Origin: an uncultured bacterium
GTDB lineage: Bacteria > Vulcanimicrobiota > Vulcanimicrobiia > Vulcanimicrobiales > Vulcanimicrobiaceae
Reading direction: 5' to 3'
NCBI GenBank assembly: GCA_964568035.1
Contig: CAZMPP010000001.1
Coordinates: forward strand, 1 to 41,776
DNA length: 41,776 bases
This document shows, piece by piece, positions 16,922 to 26,132 of this stretch. The first letter of the stretch is position 1. Every line of letters begins with the position of its first letter. The notes under the pieces were generated by a model. That model saw nothing but the letters and a program-made list of their open reading frames with translations. It was not told the DNA's origin and did not search any database. The position numbers and the translations under genes are program-made.

Positions 16922-18160
16922 TTAGGGGGAGGTGCTCGGCGGCGGAGTGGGCGTTAGCGGTGACACGACGTAGATTTGGTCGAGCACCTTCAACATGAGG
17001 GCGTTGGCAGTCGGGACTTGGTCGGGCGACACGGTCAAATTGGTCCAGACGATCAACGTCACCTTATTGGTGGGATCATAACCGATGAACGAATTGTAAC
17101 CGGCTGTCTCGCCGCCGTGATAGTACATGGCGTTGGAAGCCCAGCGCAGCAGTATGATGCCGTACCCGTACGCTTGACCGTCAGGCTTCTTCGGGTCCTC
17201 GGGCCGTAGGCTGTTAAGCCAAAGCTGTTGATACCCGGCATCGAACACGTGGCCGGAGACCAACGCTTGGATCCAGGTTGCGCAATCGTTGGCGTTAGAG
17301 ATGGCGCTCCCCGCCGCCCAAGCAAAGGAGTGGTTCAGCCCCGTATAGTCAGTGGGTTTAAGCGTCCCAGCGCGGGCCGCGGCCTTGACTGCGTCCGAAT
17401 AGGGCGGCTCTCCAACGAAAGCGACTGAGGCACTTCCGTACAGGTATCCGTGGGAGTAGGGTGCGGGGATTGCGTTTACGTCGCTGGCAGGCAATTCGGT
17501 GTGCTGCAAGCCGAGCGGTCCGAACAATCGATCCTGCATCGCCTGGGACAAGGTCTTGCGTTCGACCTTCTCGATGACGAGGCCGAGCAGTACGTAGTTG
17601 GTATTGCTATACTCGTACTCCGCATCGGGCGAGAAATTGGGCGGGTGCGCAAAAGCTATAGAAAGTAACTCGGCCGGAGACCAAACCCTGGTCATATCGT
17701 GGTCGGCGCTCTCCGAAAGCTCCGGAGCATTGAGGAAGTTGTAGAGACCACTGCGCATATCCAGCAGCTCCGCGATGGTGATGTGGTCGCCGTTAGGCAC
17801 GCCCGCAACATAATTTGAAACGGGGTCGCTGAACCGCAGCTTGCCTTCCTGGGCCAGTTGCACGATCACCGCGGCCGTCATCGTCTTGGTGTTCGAGGCA
17901 ATTCGGAAATAGGTGTCTGCGGTCGGCGGGTTCGTCGTGCCAAGCTTCGTGGTGCCGTAGGCGGCCACAAACTCGCCTTGCGGCGTGCGCAGTAGTACGA
18001 CAGCGCCTGGGATGAGGAGTTCTTTGGCCGTCGTTTCAACCATGGTTTGCAGCGCGGTCTGGCTGATTGGCTTGAGCGCTACGGTTGAGGTTGATGTTGC
18101 GCCTGTGCCCAGCAGGGCGACGCTTATTAGTAATAAAGTCGCGCGGCTGATTATTTCCAT
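16922..18160 (-). CDS. Serine hydrolase of the beta-lactamase/DD-peptidase (class C-like) family
   Basis: Signal peptide, S-x-x-K motif (IASNTKTMTA) and Y-x-N motif (YSNTNY). Confidence 0.85.
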   Translation of the reverse strand: MEIISRATLLLISVALLGTGATSTSTVALKPISQTALQTMVETTAKELLIPGAVVLLRTPQGEFVAAYGTTKLGTTNPPTADTYFRIASNTKTMTAAVIVQLAQEGKLRFSDPVSNYVAGVPNGDHITIAELLDMRSGLYNFLNAPELSESADHDMTRVWSPAELLSIAFAHPPNFSPDAEYEYSNTNYVLLGLVIEKVERKTLSQAMQDRLFGPLGLQHTELPASDVNAIPAPYSHGYLYGSASVAFVGEPPYSDAVKAAARAGTLKPTDYTGLNHSFAWAAGSAISNANDCATWIQALVSGHVFDAGYQQLWLNSLRPEDPKKPDGQAYGYGIILLRWASNAMYYHGGETAGYNSFIGYDPTNKVTLIVWTNLTVSPDQVPTANALMLKVLDQIYVVSPLTPTPPPSTSP

Positions 18161-18234
18161 AAGGCGGCCTTCTACGAACGACGACTCCCGTCCGTCATTT
18201 TTCGGAGTACTGCTACAAAATAACTCTTGGTTTG

Positions 18235-18375
18235 CTAGGGTTTTCCGTGCTTCTCGTCGCCTTCGTGGCGGCGCTCATCCTGAGATTCGTTGCGCTTACG
18301 TTCGCAATCTCTACACAGGCCGCTCTCCGGCACGTAATCGTCGGTCATTCGTCTGCAGCTGCTACACTCGTACAT
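18235..18375 (-). CDS. Possible 46-aa zinc-ribbon protein
   Basis: Hand translation gives MYECSSCRRMTDDYVPESGLCRDCERKRNESQDERRHEGDEKHGKP, with CxxC-13-CxxC and an acidic/basic tail. It fills the otherwise empty gap between two same-strand genes. The Shine-Dalgarno is weak and the ORF is below the track cutoff. Confidence 0.35.
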   Translation of the reverse strand: MYECSSCRRMTDDYVPESGLCRDCERKRNESQDERRHEGDEKHGKP

Positions 18376-18401
18376 GATGGTTATCCGTTCTTGTTATTAT
18401 T

Positions 18402-19817
18402 CTATGCTTTTACGCGAGCGTGGTGATCGTGTGAGGCGCCTTCCGTCGCGGTCATCGGTTTGGAAAGCGGATGCGTTTTGAAATACTCCAAAGAGCGCCG
18501 AATATCTTCGAGTAATGCGTCGGCGGAATCGAGGCTGAAGCCGTGCCGAATCAGAACGCGCATTACGGCCATGTCGGTGATGTTCGGGACCATCGTGTAT
18601 GCCGCGACCTGCCAGCCGCGCGCGCGCAGCCGGTCGGATAGATCGAACAGCGAATATCCCGCATTCGATCCCTCGCGCATCGTCCAGGAAACCGCAGGGA
18701 TACCACTGCTGCTATCGCCATCGAAAAGCACGTCGAATGGGCCAAGCGCGGCGATGCTGCGCGCAAAATGTTGCGCGACGTCGTAACAGCGTTGGTGGAT
18801 GCGCTGGTAGCCGTCCATCCCCAGGCGCAGCATCAAATAATACTGGCAGACGACCTGGCCGCCGGGCCGGGAAAAGTTGAGCGCGAACGTCGGCATATCT
18901 CCGCCCAGGTAGTTTACGTGGAAGATCAGCCCTTCGGGCAAATCGGCGGCCTCGCGCCAAATCACCCACCCAACGCCTAGCGGCGCCAATCCAAATTTAT
19001 GCCCCGACGCGTTGATCGAACGAACGCGCGGCAAGCGAAAATCCCATTTGATCTCCGGGTCGACGAACGGAGCGATGAATCCGCCCGACGCGCCGTCAAC
19101 GTGTATCGGGATATCGAGCCCGGTTTCGCGCTCAAGCGTATCGAGCGCCTCGGAAATCTCCGCCACCGGTTCGTATTGGCAGGTGAAGGTCACGCCGAAC
19201 GTCGGGACGACCCCGATCGTATTCTCGTCGACACGCTTGAGGGCTTCCTCCGGTGTCATGCCCAAACGATCGCGCTCTAGCGGAACCTCGCGTATTTCGA
19301 CGTCGAAATACCGAGCAAACTTGTGCCAGCAAACCTGCACCGGACCGGTAACGATGTTCGGGTTGTCGGCGGGTTTGCCAAGTTTAGCGCGACGTTCACG
19401 CCATTTCCATTTCAACGCGAGGCCGCCGAGCATCGCGGCCTCGCTCGAGCCGGTCGTCGAACATCCAATCGTCGTTCCTGCGGCCGGCGAATTCCACAGA
19501 TGCGCCAGCAAATGCACGCAGCGGCTCTCGATCTCGGCCGTTGCCGGGTACTCGTCCTTGTCGATCATGTTCTTGTCGAGGCTAAGATCCATAAGCTTGT
19601 GAATCCCGTCATCGAACCACGTCTGACAAAACGTCGCGAGATTCTGTCGGGCGTTGCCGTCGAGCATCAGCTCGTCGACGACAAGCTGCAAGGCCACGTC
19701 GGGGCGTAAGCCCTCGCGAGGCACGCGGTGTTTGGGGATCGTTGCGTCCATAGCCCGCGTCGCGTAGACGTCGGTTGTGGCTGAATCGCGCGGGTGCACT
19801 GGCCGATGCAGGGGCAT
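18402..19817 (-). CDS. gadB: Glutamate decarboxylase (PLP-dependent)
   Basis: Long identical blocks to E. coli GadB as remembered: [45 protein letters not shown] (PLP lysine). Confidence 0.9.
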   Translation of the reverse strand: MPLHRPVHPRDSATTDVYATRAMDATIPKHRVPREGLRPDVALQLVVDELMLDGNARQNLATFCQTWFDDGIHKLMDLSLDKNMIDKDEYPATAEIESRCVHLLAHLWNSPAAGTTIGCSTTGSSEAAMLGGLALKWKWRERRAKLGKPADNPNIVTGPVQVCWHKFARYFDVEIREVPLERDRLGMTPEEALKRVDENTIGVVPTFGVTFTCQYEPVAEISEALDTLERETGLDIPIHVDGASGGFIAPFVDPEIKWDFRLPRVRSINASGHKFGLAPLGVGWVIWREAADLPEGLIFHVNYLGGDMPTFALNFSRPGGQVVCQYYLMLRLGMDGYQRIHQRCYDVAQHFARSIAALGPFDVLFDGDSSSGIPAVSWTMREGSNAGYSLFDLSDRLRARGWQVAAYTMVPNITDMAVMRVLIRHGFSLDSADALLEDIRRSLEYFKTHPLSKPMTATEGASHDHHARVKA

Positions 19818-19945
19818 CGCTTTACCGTCCGTTCTAAAAGCAGGTCGACGCGCCTTCGCGACCGCCGAGCGCGTTTACCTTTGCGCGCCTCTACGGCGGC
19901 GCGGAGGCGGAGGGTGCGGGTTTCCCTTTCGATAAGACCACGCCG

Positions 19946-20878
19946 ATGAGATTGAAGGCGTTATTCTACTTAATTACCGCGTCGGCTGCCGTCATGAGCG
20001 GCTGTTCCGCGAGTCAGCCGTCGACGACCGGCCCCGTTGGGATGCTTCCGCAACGGGCAGAGCGAGGGTACGCATCGTCTGCCCGGTCGTGGATGTCGCC
20101 GAATGCGAAGAAGAACAGCTTACTGTACGTCGCGAACTTCTACGGCAGCGAGGTGCTTTCGTACACGTACCCCTCCGGGCAGCTGGCCGGCACGATTACC
20201 GGCATCAACTCGGCGCAGGGCGAATGTACCTCTAAGAAGAGTCACGGCAACTGGTGGGTCGTTGCAACCGGATCGAATCAAGTCTTCGAGTTCGAACACG
20301 GCGGCACGACGCCGATCGCGACAGTCAATATCTCGGCCGGCGTTCCGGCGAGTTGTGCGGTGGATCCCAAAACGGGCAATCTAGCCGTGACGATGATCGA
20401 CAACGACAACGTCGTCGTGTATGCGCACGGCTCGGGCTCCGGTACCATCTACGCCGCGCCGTTCCAACCGTTTTTCTCGGGTTACGACCCGAAGGGCAAC
20501 CTCTTCGTCGACGGTAGCGGGCAGACGCCGCTTGCCGAGCTTCCCAAAGGCGGGAACGGCTTTATTCCCATCTCCACCAACCAGACGATTGTCTTTTCCG
20601 GGGGAGTTCAGTGGGATGGTCATTACCTCGCGGTCGGCGATCAAGAAACGTCCGACGTCTACCGCTTCACGGTTAGCGGCAGCAGCGCGACGCTGGCAGG
20701 CACGACGGCGCTCAACGGCGGAAGTGCCGGCGGATTCTGGATTCAGAAGAACCGCCTCATTACATCGCAGAGCGGCGACGTCGATTTCTGGAAGTATCCC
20801 GCTGGTGGGTTGCCGATTAAGCAAATTACCGGCGGCTTCTACGGTCCGCTCAACATGATGGTCAGCACCGCTAAGTAA
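19946..20878 (+). CDS. Lipoprotein of unknown function, paralog of 11433-12392
   Basis: Lipobox VMSGCSAS and the same conserved blocks as the 11433 gene, including the C-terminal FWKYPAGGLPIKQITGGF. Confidence 0.8.
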   Translation: MRLKALFYLITASAAVMSGCSASQPSTTGPVGMLPQRAERGYASSARSWMSPNAKKNSLLYVANFYGSEVLSYTYPSGQLAGTITGINSAQGECTSKKSHGNWWVVATGSNQVFEFEHGGTTPIATVNISAGVPASCAVDPKTGNLAVTMIDNDNVVVYAHGSGSGTIYAAPFQPFFSGYDPKGNLFVDGSGQTPLAELPKGGNGFIPISTNQTIVFSGGVQWDGHYLAVGDQETSDVYRFTVSGSSATLAGTTALNGGSAGGFWIQKNRLITSQSGDVDFWKYPAGGLPIKQITGGFYGPLNMMVSTAK

Positions 20879-20922
20879 ACTTTAGGCAGAATCCGAACCG
20901 CGCGGTACCTAAAGGAGAGACC

Positions 20923-21342
20923 ATGAAAACGTATGGCGTTTCCCGGTCGACGACGGCTTCACCCGAGCGGGTCTGGCGTGTCTGGAGCGACCCGAACAAT
21001 TGGAGCCGCTGGAACTCCGGCATCAAGGCGGCGCAGGTTGACGGACCGCTAGGCAACGGCGTTAAGGGAAAGATGACCACCAATCGCGACACGACGCACG
21101 ACGTTACGTTTTCCAACGTCGTCGAAGGGCGCGGATTTACCATGACGATGGACGGGCCACCCGGCGCCACCTTCGTCTTCACTTGCGAGATTACGCCCGA
21201 CGGCACCGGCAGCACCATCGCACATAACGTCGCCATCTCCGGGCCGATGGCCATTCTCCTCGGTCCGATGGCCAAGCAGATGTCCAAACACTTCATCCCC
21301 GTTCTCGACGATTTATCGCGTACGGCCGAAGCCGTTCCGTGA
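20923..21342 (+). CDS. SRPBCC (START/polyketide cyclase-like) family protein
   Basis: AGGAGAGA Shine-Dalgarno. The N terminus ..SPERVWRVWSDPNNWSRWNSGI.. is typical of SRPBCC proteins. Confidence 0.7.
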   Translation: MKTYGVSRSTTASPERVWRVWSDPNNWSRWNSGIKAAQVDGPLGNGVKGKMTTNRDTTHDVTFSNVVEGRGFTMTMDGPPGATFVFTCEITPDGTGSTIAHNVAISGPMAILLGPMAKQMSKHFIPVLDDLSRTAEAVP

Positions 21343-22724
21343 GAACCGGACTTATCTTTGCGCTTCTCATGCTCGCCGGCTGCGCGGGCTCTTCAACGAG
21401 CTTGCCGCCGTCGGCGCCGCGCGGCGGTGCTCCGCCGCAGACCTGGCTGCTGACCAGCGACGTGCACTTCAACCCGTTCGACGACGCGACGCTGGTCGAT
21501 CGGCTCATTGCATCGCCGGCCGGCCAGTGGCACTCGATTCTTTCCGAATCGACGAAGCCGCCCAGCCCATATTTCAGCGACACGAACTTCGCATTGCTCG
21601 AGTCCGCCCTGGCGGCGATGAAGAGCGTCCTGCCAGATCCGCCGGTCGTCGTCGTAGCCGGCGACTTCATGGCCCATCAGTTCCCCGATCGATTCGCGAA
21701 GGCCGACCCCAGCGCGCCTCCCGCCGCTTACGAAAAGTTCGTCGACAAGACCATGGTTTTTCTGGCGATGGAGTTTGGGGCGAGCTATCCGTCGGCTCAG
21801 TTCGTCGTTGCGCTCGGCAACAACGACGGCTATTGCGGCAACTACATGAGCACGCCCGCGAGTCCGTTTCTTTCCCATACGGCCATGGCGTGGCGCGCGC
21901 TGGTCAATCGCGGTAGGGCCGCTTCGAATTTCGTGCAGCAGTTCTCGAACGGCGGCTATTATACGATGCGCCTGCGGCCTTTTGGAGCGATGCCGGCGAT
22001 CGTTCTAAACAGCGTCTTCTGGTCGAGCTTCTACCAAAATAAGTGCGGGAAGCCCGGCTCCGACCCCGGCGCCGACGAACTGGACTGGTTGGCCTCGAGA
22101 GCCCCGGTGATTGGCGGGCATCCGTTGCTGATGACGCACATCCCTCCGGGCATCGACGAGTATGCCTCGATCAACAACAACGCCGCCACGCCACTCTATA
22201 AGGAAGCCTACACGCAGCGTTTACTGTCAATCCTCGCCGGGATGAGTCCCAGCGCGTTTCTTCTCGGCCACATTCACCATGCAACGTTCGAGATTGCACC
22301 GATAGCCGGCGGTCGGATCGGCACCCTCGGCATTCCTTCGATCAGCCCCAACCAAGGAAACAATCCCGCATTTATTGTCGCGCTGGTAAGCGCGACGTCA
22401 CCGATGCTAACCGATACGACGACCTACGCCTTGCCGCTCGACTCGCTCGAACCATGGTCGAAGCTCTATTCCTTCAATGCCGCATATGGCTTGCAGGCCT
22501 ATGATTCGACGAATCTCCTAAATCTGCAATCGTCAATGGCGAGCGATGCAACGGTGCGTAAAGCATTTTTTAACAACTACAACTCGGGAAGCACGACCGC
22601 CACGCCATCACCGGAGAAGTGGCGATGGTACTGGTGCGGGCACACCAACTTGACGCCCGCACCTTACAGCGATTGTGTGGATCAGCGGCGGCGGCCGCGC
22701 AGATCGGGGAGCGCGAAGACGTAA
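21339..22724 (+). CDS. Metallophosphoesterase lipoprotein (calcineurin-like, acid-sphingomyelinase-like layout)
   Basis: GTG start overlaps the upstream TGA (GTGA). Lipobox MLAGC. Phosphoesterase motifs SDVHFN, GDFMAH, GNNDGY, THIPPG, GHIHH. Confidence 0.75.
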   Translation: MRTGLIFALLMLAGCAGSSTSLPPSAPRGGAPPQTWLLTSDVHFNPFDDATLVDRLIASPAGQWHSILSESTKPPSPYFSDTNFALLESALAAMKSVLPDPPVVVVAGDFMAHQFPDRFAKADPSAPPAAYEKFVDKTMVFLAMEFGASYPSAQFVVALGNNDGYCGNYMSTPASPFLSHTAMAWRALVNRGRAASNFVQQFSNGGYYTMRLRPFGAMPAIVLNSVFWSSFYQNKCGKPGSDPGADELDWLASRAPVIGGHPLLMTHIPPGIDEYASINNNAATPLYKEAYTQRLLSILAGMSPSAFLLGHIHHATFEIAPIAGGRIGTLGIPSISPNQGNNPAFIVALVSATSPMLTDTTTYALPLDSLEPWSKLYSFNAAYGLQAYDSTNLLNLQSSMASDATVRKAFFNNYNSGSTTATPSPEKWRWYWCGHTNLTPAPYSDCVDQRRRPRRSGSAKT

Positions 22725-24064
22725 AGCCGCCCCGAGATCTCCGAGGGATAGGTATCGTCGGCGCTGCCGATATAGAGTTGGCCGTTGACGACCGTGGGTG
22801 ACGAGGTCACGATTTGCTCGTTGAATTCGCCGCTCCAGATGTTATCGCACGTCGATTCTCCGCATCCGGCCGCGGGCCACGCGAGAACTTCACCAGTGTT
22901 GCGTCCGGCGTAGACCACGCCGTTGGCGACCGTTGGTGAGGATGCGACGGCGGCCTGGCGGCCGACGCCGAAACCGCTCCAAATCGGCGGACAGGTCGAC
23001 TTGCCGCAGCCTTTAGCCTTGTAGACGTTGATGCCGTCTTCGACGCCGACGTAGACGCGGCCGTTTGCGATTGCCGGTGAGCCGTTGAAGAAGTCGTTGC
23101 TGTCGGAGGCTCGCCACAGCGGCGCGCACGTCGACTTGCCGCAACCCATTGCTTTGAAGGCCGCCACACCGTGCTGCGAACCGATGTAGACGATGCCTTT
23201 AACGACCGCCGGCGACGATTCGAAGACCGAATATCCTAGCGTTCCCGTCCACAACGGAGCGCAACTCGACGAACCGCAGCCCTTGGCCTTGAATGCATAG
23301 AGCTTGCCGTCGTCTGAGCCGATGTAGAGCACGCCGTTGGCGACCGTCGCCGTCGATTCGATCGATCCGCCGGTCATTCCGGTCCAGACCGGCTCGCAGG
23401 TGCTCTGCCCGCAGCCCGAAGCCTTGAAGGCATAGAGCTTGCCGTCATACGCGCCGACGTAAACCAATCCGCGCGCGACCGTAGGCGACGATTGCAGAAT
23501 GGCATCGGTTCCGGCGACGCCTTGCCAGAGTGGCGGGCAGAGCGATTGACCGCAGCCGGCGGCCGAGAAGACGTCAAGCTTTCCGGCGTTTGAGGAGAAC
23601 GACGTCTGCGAGCCAACGTAGACGAATCCGCCGGCGACCGTCGGCGAGTCCATCATTTGCGCGATCTGCGTCGACTGCCACATCGGCGAGCTGCACAGGC
23701 TCTGGCCACAACCGTTGGCCGAGTACGCCCACAAAACGCCGTCGCTCGATGCGAGGTAGGCTACGCCGTTGACGACGGCGGGCGACGAATAGTCGACCAA
23801 CTTGCCGAGTTGCCCTTGCCACAAAAGCTGTAGCTGCGGCGCGTTCGATTTGTTGAGAATTTTTTCGTGCGGATTAAAGCCGGTATGGTTGTCGTCGAAA
23901 CGGTATTGCGGCCAGTTGACAGTTTTTTCGCCGATCGCCGCCGGCCGTATAAAGGAGGCTTGATGCGTCATCGGGATCGCCGGGTTTCCCGCAGCGCCAC
24001 CTTGGCAGGCGACCATTGACGCGGCGGCCGCCATAACCGAGAGTCGGACTAGAACCTTTAACAC
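22682..24064 (-). CDS. PQQ-like (BamB-type) beta-propeller lipoprotein with a Cys pair in each blade linker
   Basis: GTG 24064 is preceded by GGAG. Lipobox SMVAC. Seven recurrences of A.GCG.S.C.P.W follow (V/L)Y(V/I)GS..G.(L/V).A(F/Y) strands. Confidence 0.85.
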   Translation of the reverse strand: MLKVLVRLSVMAAAASMVACQGGAAGNPAIPMTHQASFIRPAAIGEKTVNWPQYRFDDNHTGFNPHEKILNKSNAPQLQLLWQGQLGKLVDYSSPAVVNGVAYLASSDGVLWAYSANGCGQSLCSSPMWQSTQIAQMMDSPTVAGGFVYVGSQTSFSSNAGKLDVFSAAGCGQSLCPPLWQGVAGTDAILQSSPTVARGLVYVGAYDGKLYAFKASGCGQSTCEPVWTGMTGGSIESTATVANGVLYIGSDDGKLYAFKAKGCGSSSCAPLWTGTLGYSVFESSPAVVKGIVYIGSQHGVAAFKAMGCGKSTCAPLWRASDSNDFFNGSPAIANGRVYVGVEDGINVYKAKGCGKSTCPPIWSGFGVGRQAAVASSPTVANGVVYAGRNTGEVLAWPAAGCGESTCDNIWSGEFNEQIVTSSPTVVNGQLYIGSADDTYPSEISGRLYVFALPDLRGRRR

Positions 24065-24152
24065 CTTAGTCGCTCCATGAGGGGGTGAGAGTCACGCGAA
24101 GCAAGAGCCTACCCGCTACGGGTAAATAAACTCTGAAGCGCTAACTCTGCCG

Positions 24153-26030
24153 CTAGCCTCCGTTGACGTCGACGAAGAGCTCCGTGGCCATCGCAATCAA
24201 AAAGCCGGCGCACATCGTCGCCGTTACGAATGCCGTCAATCCCGTTCGCCGAAGCACGCTCCACAACTCTCCGATCACAAAAACGAGCGCCCCGATTGCG
24301 ATTGCGAGAAAGAACACAGACAGCACCGGCGAGTAGAAGCTGTAGCCTAAGATCGTACCGATGAAGGTCGGGCCGCCCGCGATCAGACCGGCGAGACCGA
24401 TCTGCGCCCAACTCGGAACGACGCGGCCAACGAGCGGCGCGGCGACGCCAAAGCCCTCCGTCGCATTATGCAGTCCAAAGCCGATGATCAACGCGACGGC
24501 CACAGCGGTCGCGCCCGATGCGGCCGACGCGCCGATGGCCAAGCCCTCACCAAAATTGTGGGCCCCGATTCCGATGGCGATGATTGCCGCCAGCACGACT
24601 GGATTGTCGGCGTGCGCAGCCGCTTGGCGCGTAAAATGGGTTGCGGCGCTCCCCAGCCCGACCAATCCGATCAGCAGACCGGCAACAAAAACAAGAATCA
24701 ATGCCGCCGGGAACCCGGCCGTTCCGGCATGCCAGGCGTTGACGCCGGTCGAGATCGGGAGAATCGCACTCTGCGCGATCTCCACGACGAGGTAGAGAAG
24801 AATCCCGATGGCAAGCGCGTTGAGCAGCGCGACGGTTTCCGCCGAAAGCCGCCGCGCGCGAGCGATCGGCAAGCCGAGGAAGATCGTGAAGCCGGCGATC
24901 GCACCCAGCAGTACGGTCATGCCAAAGCTGAGCGCCTTTTTGCTCGTATTCTGCATCGGCATCATCGCGCGGTACATCGACGCCATCACGTTGGGCGTTC
25001 CGACGTAGTGAATCGCGGTAATCAAGCCGTCTGGCATCCCGCTGGCATCTTGAATGTGATCGAGCACGTGACAGTGCACGAGCCAGGTGCCGGGCCGTGC
25101 GTTGGCATCGACGACTACGTCGACGCGCTGCCCCGGAGCGACCAGCACCGTATCCTGAATGTCGCGATAATCCACCGGCGCGGCGTCGCGGGCGACGACC
25201 TGCTGATAATGCCCGTGCGTGTGCATAGTGTGGAACTCTTCGCCCGAGATGTTGATCCAGCGAATTCTAAATCGTTCGCCTTTACGGACGTCGAGCTGGC
25301 GCGTCGCCGGGTATTCCTTGCCATTAAGGGTGAAGTGGTTCTCGGCGGTGCTTTGGATCATCCACGACGAGACGATCTCGAGAAAATCGTGCGCGAGACC
25401 GCGCTCCTCCGGCCTGGGCTGCGACGGTTCGACGATGATCGCACCGTAGAGTCCCGAGTCGACCATCTCTTCGTTATCGTGCGAATGATAGATCAACGTT
25501 CCCGGTTGGTTGGCGACGAATTTATAGACGAAGTGTCCGCCGATCGGCACCAGCGGCTGCGAGATGCCGCCGACGCCATCCATCGTGTCGGGAATATCGT
25601 GCACGCCGTGCAGGTGAACCGTGTCGGGAACGGGCCCGTCGTTGGTGTAGTCGATGACCACGGTGTCGCCTTGATGCACGACCATCGTAGGTCCAGGCAC
25701 GACGCCGTTATAAGTGTTGGCCATCACGGTCAACCCGGGTTGCAGCGTCCACGGCGCGGCGCGTTCGACTAAGTGGAATGTTTTGGTGCGCCCCTGCGCG
25801 CTCGGAATGGCTTGATAGGCGCCGTCGGGACGAAGGAACGACGCCGATTCACCCGGCGCCGGCGTCGCCGCCGGAACGGCCCCGCGGATCGGCTGCAATC
25901 CCGCGGACGTAGAAGCGGGTGCACCGCCCGGCTCGTCCGCGTCGGCCGAGACCACAATCGGGAAAGCGAAGGCCAGCAGCAGCGCCGAGACGGCGGCCGC
26001 ACTGACAAAGCGAGCGAACCGGGGATACAT
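24153..26030 (-). CDS. Fusion protein: secreted two-domain multicopper oxidase plus ZIP-family metal permease
   Basis: One uninterrupted 625-aa frame. Signal peptide MYPRFARFVSAAAVSALLLAFAFPIVVSADA. MCO motifs VHLHGVH, YHSHD, HTMHTHGH, HCHVLDHIQDASGM (residues about 85-341). About 8 TM helices follow, with the paired ZIP metal-site motifs GAHNFGEGLAIG and GLHNATEGFGVA (residues about 366-625). Confidence 0.85.
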   Translation of the reverse strand: MYPRFARFVSAAAVSALLLAFAFPIVVSADADEPGGAPASTSAGLQPIRGAVPAATPAPGESASFLRPDGAYQAIPSAQGRTKTFHLVERAAPWTLQPGLTVMANTYNGVVPGPTMVVHQGDTVVIDYTNDGPVPDTVHLHGVHDIPDTMDGVGGISQPLVPIGGHFVYKFVANQPGTLIYHSHDNEEMVDSGLYGAIIVEPSQPRPEERGLAHDFLEIVSSWMIQSTAENHFTLNGKEYPATRQLDVRKGERFRIRWINISGEEFHTMHTHGHYQQVVARDAAPVDYRDIQDTVLVAPGQRVDVVVDANARPGTWLVHCHVLDHIQDASGMPDGLITAIHYVGTPNVMASMYRAMMPMQNTSKKALSFGMTVLLGAIAGFTIFLGLPIARARRLSAETVALLNALAIGILLYLVVEIAQSAILPISTGVNAWHAGTAGFPAALILVFVAGLLIGLVGLGSAATHFTRQAAAHADNPVVLAAIIAIGIGAHNFGEGLAIGASAASGATAVAVALIIGFGLHNATEGFGVAAPLVGRVVPSWAQIGLAGLIAGGPTFIGTILGYSFYSPVLSVFFLAIAIGALVFVIGELWSVLRRTGLTAFVTATMCAGFLIAMATELFVDVNGG

Positions 26031-26032
26031 TT

Positions 26033-26065
26033 TAGGTATGCCTAATATTACTTATAGGTATGCCT
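26033..26065. promoter_or_regulatory. Two perfect 11-bp direct repeats TAGGTATGCCT (26033-26043 and 26055-26065), 22 bp start to start, directly upstream of the MCO-ZIP start codon
   Basis: Read directly from the sequence. The repeats lie in the most AT-rich stretch of the window, and the proximal repeat ends 3 nt from the ATG at 26030. Confidence 0.4.
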
Positions 26066-26120
26066 TCTCCTCGCAGTATCCGGCCGGTGGCCGTAATTCG
26101 CTTTTTTCAGAGATTCTTTA

Positions 26121-26132
26121 GCACTTAAGTGC
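26121..26132. promoter_or_regulatory. Perfect 12-bp palindrome GCACTTAAGTGC in the divergent intergenic region
   Basis: Read directly. It is self-complementary over all 12 positions and lies between the divergent 26030 and 26213 starts. Confidence 0.3.

Noticed and set aside
14591-20878. Possible tRNA-Ser-associated genomic island downstream of the tRNA, given the mixed accessory genes there.
   Set aside because: I saw no integrase, recombinase or transposase, and by eye I found no direct repeat of the tRNA 3' end. A computational repeat search would be needed to revisit this.
24468-25772. 434-aa plus-strand ORF antisense to the MCO-ZIP gene. Comparable cases occur at 27058-27822(-), 31322-32107(+), 35638-36330(-), 37210-38035(+), 37911-38999(-) and 39525-40889(-).
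   Set aside because: These are the same shadow-ORF signature: extreme Arg content, no motifs, and complete overlap with genes that carry clear family signatures.
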